Positions 62,472 through 64,000 of a stretch of DNA of 64,000 nucleotides are shown here, piece by piece (the first letter of the stretch is position 1; each line of letters starts with the position of its first letter). The notes under the pieces are model-generated. The model saw only the letters and a list, made by a program, of their open reading frames with translations, was not told the DNA's origin and did no database searches. Where the stretch lies: positions 3,729 through 67,728 of the forward strand of contig CAZFWM010000003.1 of NCBI GenBank assembly GCA_964522545.1, given 5' to 3'. Position numbers and translations under genes: made by a program. Origin of the DNA: an uncultured Thermodesulfobacteriota bacterium (GTDB taxonomy: Bacteria; Desulfobacterota; DSWW01; CAZFWM01).

Positions 62472-63047
62472 TCATTTCATGCCGAGCTTCTTGCCGGCCG
62501 CCAGCAGGCCGAGAGATTCGCGAAGCCGTTTCTCCCTCGTCTCTTCCCGTTTGGCCGACTCGATCCACCCTATGTACGCCCGCTGATACGATGGTGCCAG
62601 CTCTTTGAAAAATTGCCAAGCGCGTGGAACGGTCTTCAACGTCTCTTCAATGTAGGACGGGAGCGCCGACACGGACGAACTCGGCAAATCGCCGCTACGA
62701 CCCGTCGGCGCACGCTTCAATCCGGGTGCCGCCAGCAACCCGCGCGATTTGAGATCCGCATATCGTCGTCGATTGATGGTCGACCACTTGCTGTTTGCCC
62801 TTCGCGGGGTGAACTTCCGCACGTACCGGGCGTCATCCATGCGCCTTATGGTGCTGTCGATCCACCCGAAGCACAGCGCCTCTTCGACGGCATCGTCGTA
62901 GCCGATGGAGGTTATGCCCGTGTGGCGCTTATGGAACACGAACTAGATCTCGGACTTCGAGTCGTAGTGTTCCTTGAGCCACTTCCTCCACTCCCGGCGG
63001 CTCCGCACGTCAAGCATCTCCATGGCCTTCGCTGCACTAAAACTCAT
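62472..63047 (-). pseudogene. YdeI/OmpD-associated family gene interrupted by an in-frame TAG at 62945-62943
   Basis: The upstream 34 codons (MSFSAAKAMEMLDVRSRREWRKWLKEHYDSKSEI) are in frame with the track ORF (FVFHKRHTG...EEALCFGWIDS....FTPRRANSKWS). The stop replaces the position where this family usually has W (TGG to TAG). Confidence 0.6.
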
Positions 63048-63060
63048 TCGACCTTAGCCG

Positions 63061-63399
63061 CTATCTCGGGTTGTAGCGAGCAGCGGCGTCGAAGAATGTG
63101 ACATCCGCGTACCCGGCGTGGATTTTTGCTGAATGAGGTACGCCTTCCGGAATGAAATATCGGTCTCCTCTTTGGAAGGTATGTTCTTTTCCATCGATCA
63201 CTAGATCGATTATCCCCTTGAGGACGACACCCCATTGTGCTTCATGAGAGTGCGCGGCCAATTCCGCGTCCTCTGAAAACTCCATGAACAAAATCTGATG
63301 AGTGTCCGCTTGAGACAATCGAGCGTGAACTCCATTAAGTGGGATATCCGCTGCCGCGAGCCTCAGAATCGGCTCAGGGAAAATGCTTTCGCTTTGCAT
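63061..63399 (-). CDS. Cupin-domain protein
   Basis: AHSHEAQWGVVL.G........G......GD.Y.IP.GV.H is a two-motif cupin signature. The ATG at 63399 is chosen. Confidence 0.7.
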   Translation of the reverse strand: MQSESIFPEPILRLAAADIPLNGVHARLSQADTHQILFMEFSEDAELAAHSHEAQWGVVLKGIIDLVIDGKEHTFQRGDRYFIPEGVPHSAKIHAGYADVTFFDAAARYNPR

Positions 63400-63404
63400 T
63401 TTTC

Positions 63405-63623
63405 TCACCTCCGGTAGCCTAAAGGTATTCCGATTTTGGCGATGTGGACGATACGCCGGGTGGTTCCCCAAAGGTCCTCCTCAGAGGCCCCTTCGGTCAA
63501 CAGGCGCTTTCGCTGCAACACCATTACAATGCACAGGATGTTGCTGGTGATAGCTCCTATCGCACACACAATCTTGAACCAATGAAGTCCCGAAAGCGGC
63601 CAAGACGAAAACCTGCAGGTCAC
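63405..63623 (-). CDS. Possible small membrane protein (72 aa)
   Basis: The GTG start overlaps the upstream stop (GTGA at 63620-63623), and there is one clear hydrophobic helix. Otherwise unsupported. Confidence 0.25.
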   Translation of the reverse strand: MTCRFSSWPLSGLHWFKIVCAIGAITSNILCIVMVLQRKRLLTEGASEEDLWGTTRRIVHIAKIGIPLGYRR

Positions 63624-63997
63624 TTGAAGTTAAGGTAATACCTCATGGACGTCGTTTCGTACTGGTAGCTCCATGTGTTACCTATGGCTCCATGGCGGTA
63701 AAGAAAGTACAGCGTTTTCCTGTCTCTGCTTTTGGAGCCTTCGGCCAGAGAATATACAACCTTGACCACGACATCCTTAGGTGTTGAAAAGTCCAGCAGC
63801 GGAGAACTTATCTGCACTGACTCTATCTTCGGTTTGGCGCCTGTAACAGAGTCGGCCACTTTCGAGATCCTGTCCCTGTCGCCAGAATCTACGGCCACCC
63901 GTAGCCTCTCCGTCTCTTTCGGCAGATAGTCCGATATGATCTGCGTTTCTAGATTTTGCATCAGTTCCCTGTCATCCGTTTTATCCTGGAACGTCAT
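63620..63997 (-). CDS. Hypothetical protein (the start lies at or beyond the window edge)
   Basis: 125-aa ORF. The ATG is 3 nt from the window end, so the true N-terminus is unknown. Confidence 0.35.
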   Translation of the reverse strand: MTFQDKTDDRELMQNLETQIISDYLPKETERLRVAVDSGDRDRISKVADSVTGAKPKIESVQISSPLLDFSTPKDVVVKVVYSLAEGSKSRDRKTLYFLYRHGAIGNTWSYQYETTSMRYYLNFK

Positions 63998-64000
63998 AAA

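Noticed and set aside
62943-62945. The in-frame TAG in the YdeI-like gene read as pyrrolysine or programmed read-through.
   Set aside because: The position corresponds to a conserved Trp, one transition away from TAG. No Pyl genes or PYLIS-like context are visible. A nonsense mutation or a sequencing error is the simpler explanation.
1-64000. tRNA, rRNA and tmRNA genes, and insertion sequences.
   Set aside because: I noticed no cloverleaf-like GTTCGAATC T-arm motifs, no rRNA-like conserved blocks, and no transposase-like ORFs on either strand. A tRNAscan or Infernal run would be needed to be certain.

Overview
This is a 64-kb high-GC bacterial chromosomal segment. I saw no rRNA or tRNA genes, no CRISPR array, and no transposase or integrase. 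All work was done by eye from the sequence and the ORF track, so homology calls rest on recognised motifs and domain order, not on searches.

Coding content:
- The core (about 7.7-50.5 kb) is an almost unbroken run of amino-acid biosynthesis genes.
- A minus-strand arginine operon reads argG, unknown P-loop gene, argC, argD, argF' (acetylornithine-type transcarbamylase), argB, M20 deacylase, argH, argR. It has an ARG-box-like operator at its promoter.
- The plus strand then carries lysA, aspartate kinase, and a complete histidine pathway: hisG, a hisC-HAD fusion, hisB, hisH, hisF, a hisA-hisIE fusion and hisD.
- These are followed by citrate synthase, a metX-metW fusion, pheA, ilvD-ilvB-ilvN-ilvC, leuA-leuC-leuD-leuB-cimA, and a split archaeal-type glutamate synthase.
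- The left flank holds the 3' end of an RND pump, then an AT-richer patch with two tandem deoxynucleoside-kinase paralogues, a CooT-like gene, a Cys-rich secreted protein, a DUF1846 gene and cspA.
- The right flank (50.7-64 kb) is all minus strand and holds miscellaneous genes: DUF374 acyltransferase, flavoproteins, a CYTH protein, a serine hydrolase, asnA, a GNAT, and several hypotheticals.

Most interesting points:
1. A 353-aa uncharacterised P-loop protein is translationally coupled between argG and argC, in an operon that lacks argA and argJ.
2. A SelW/Rdx-like selenoprotein gene (54888-55106, minus strand) has an in-frame TGA and is absent from the ORF track.
3. Almost every intergenic gap of about 100 nt or more that I inspected across the whole window, except the cooT/secreted-protein gap (4161-4351), carries an imperfect palindrome built from short reiterated words. 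These form at least three recurring families, are often nested inside one another, and include twin-hairpin modules that keep their structure while the sequence changes.
4. Unusual fusions are present: HisC-HAD, HisA-HisI-HisE, MetX-MetW and GXGXG-GltD-ferredoxin.
5. A YdeI-like gene is split by an in-frame TAG.

I found no clearly novel multi-gene system such as a defence island.
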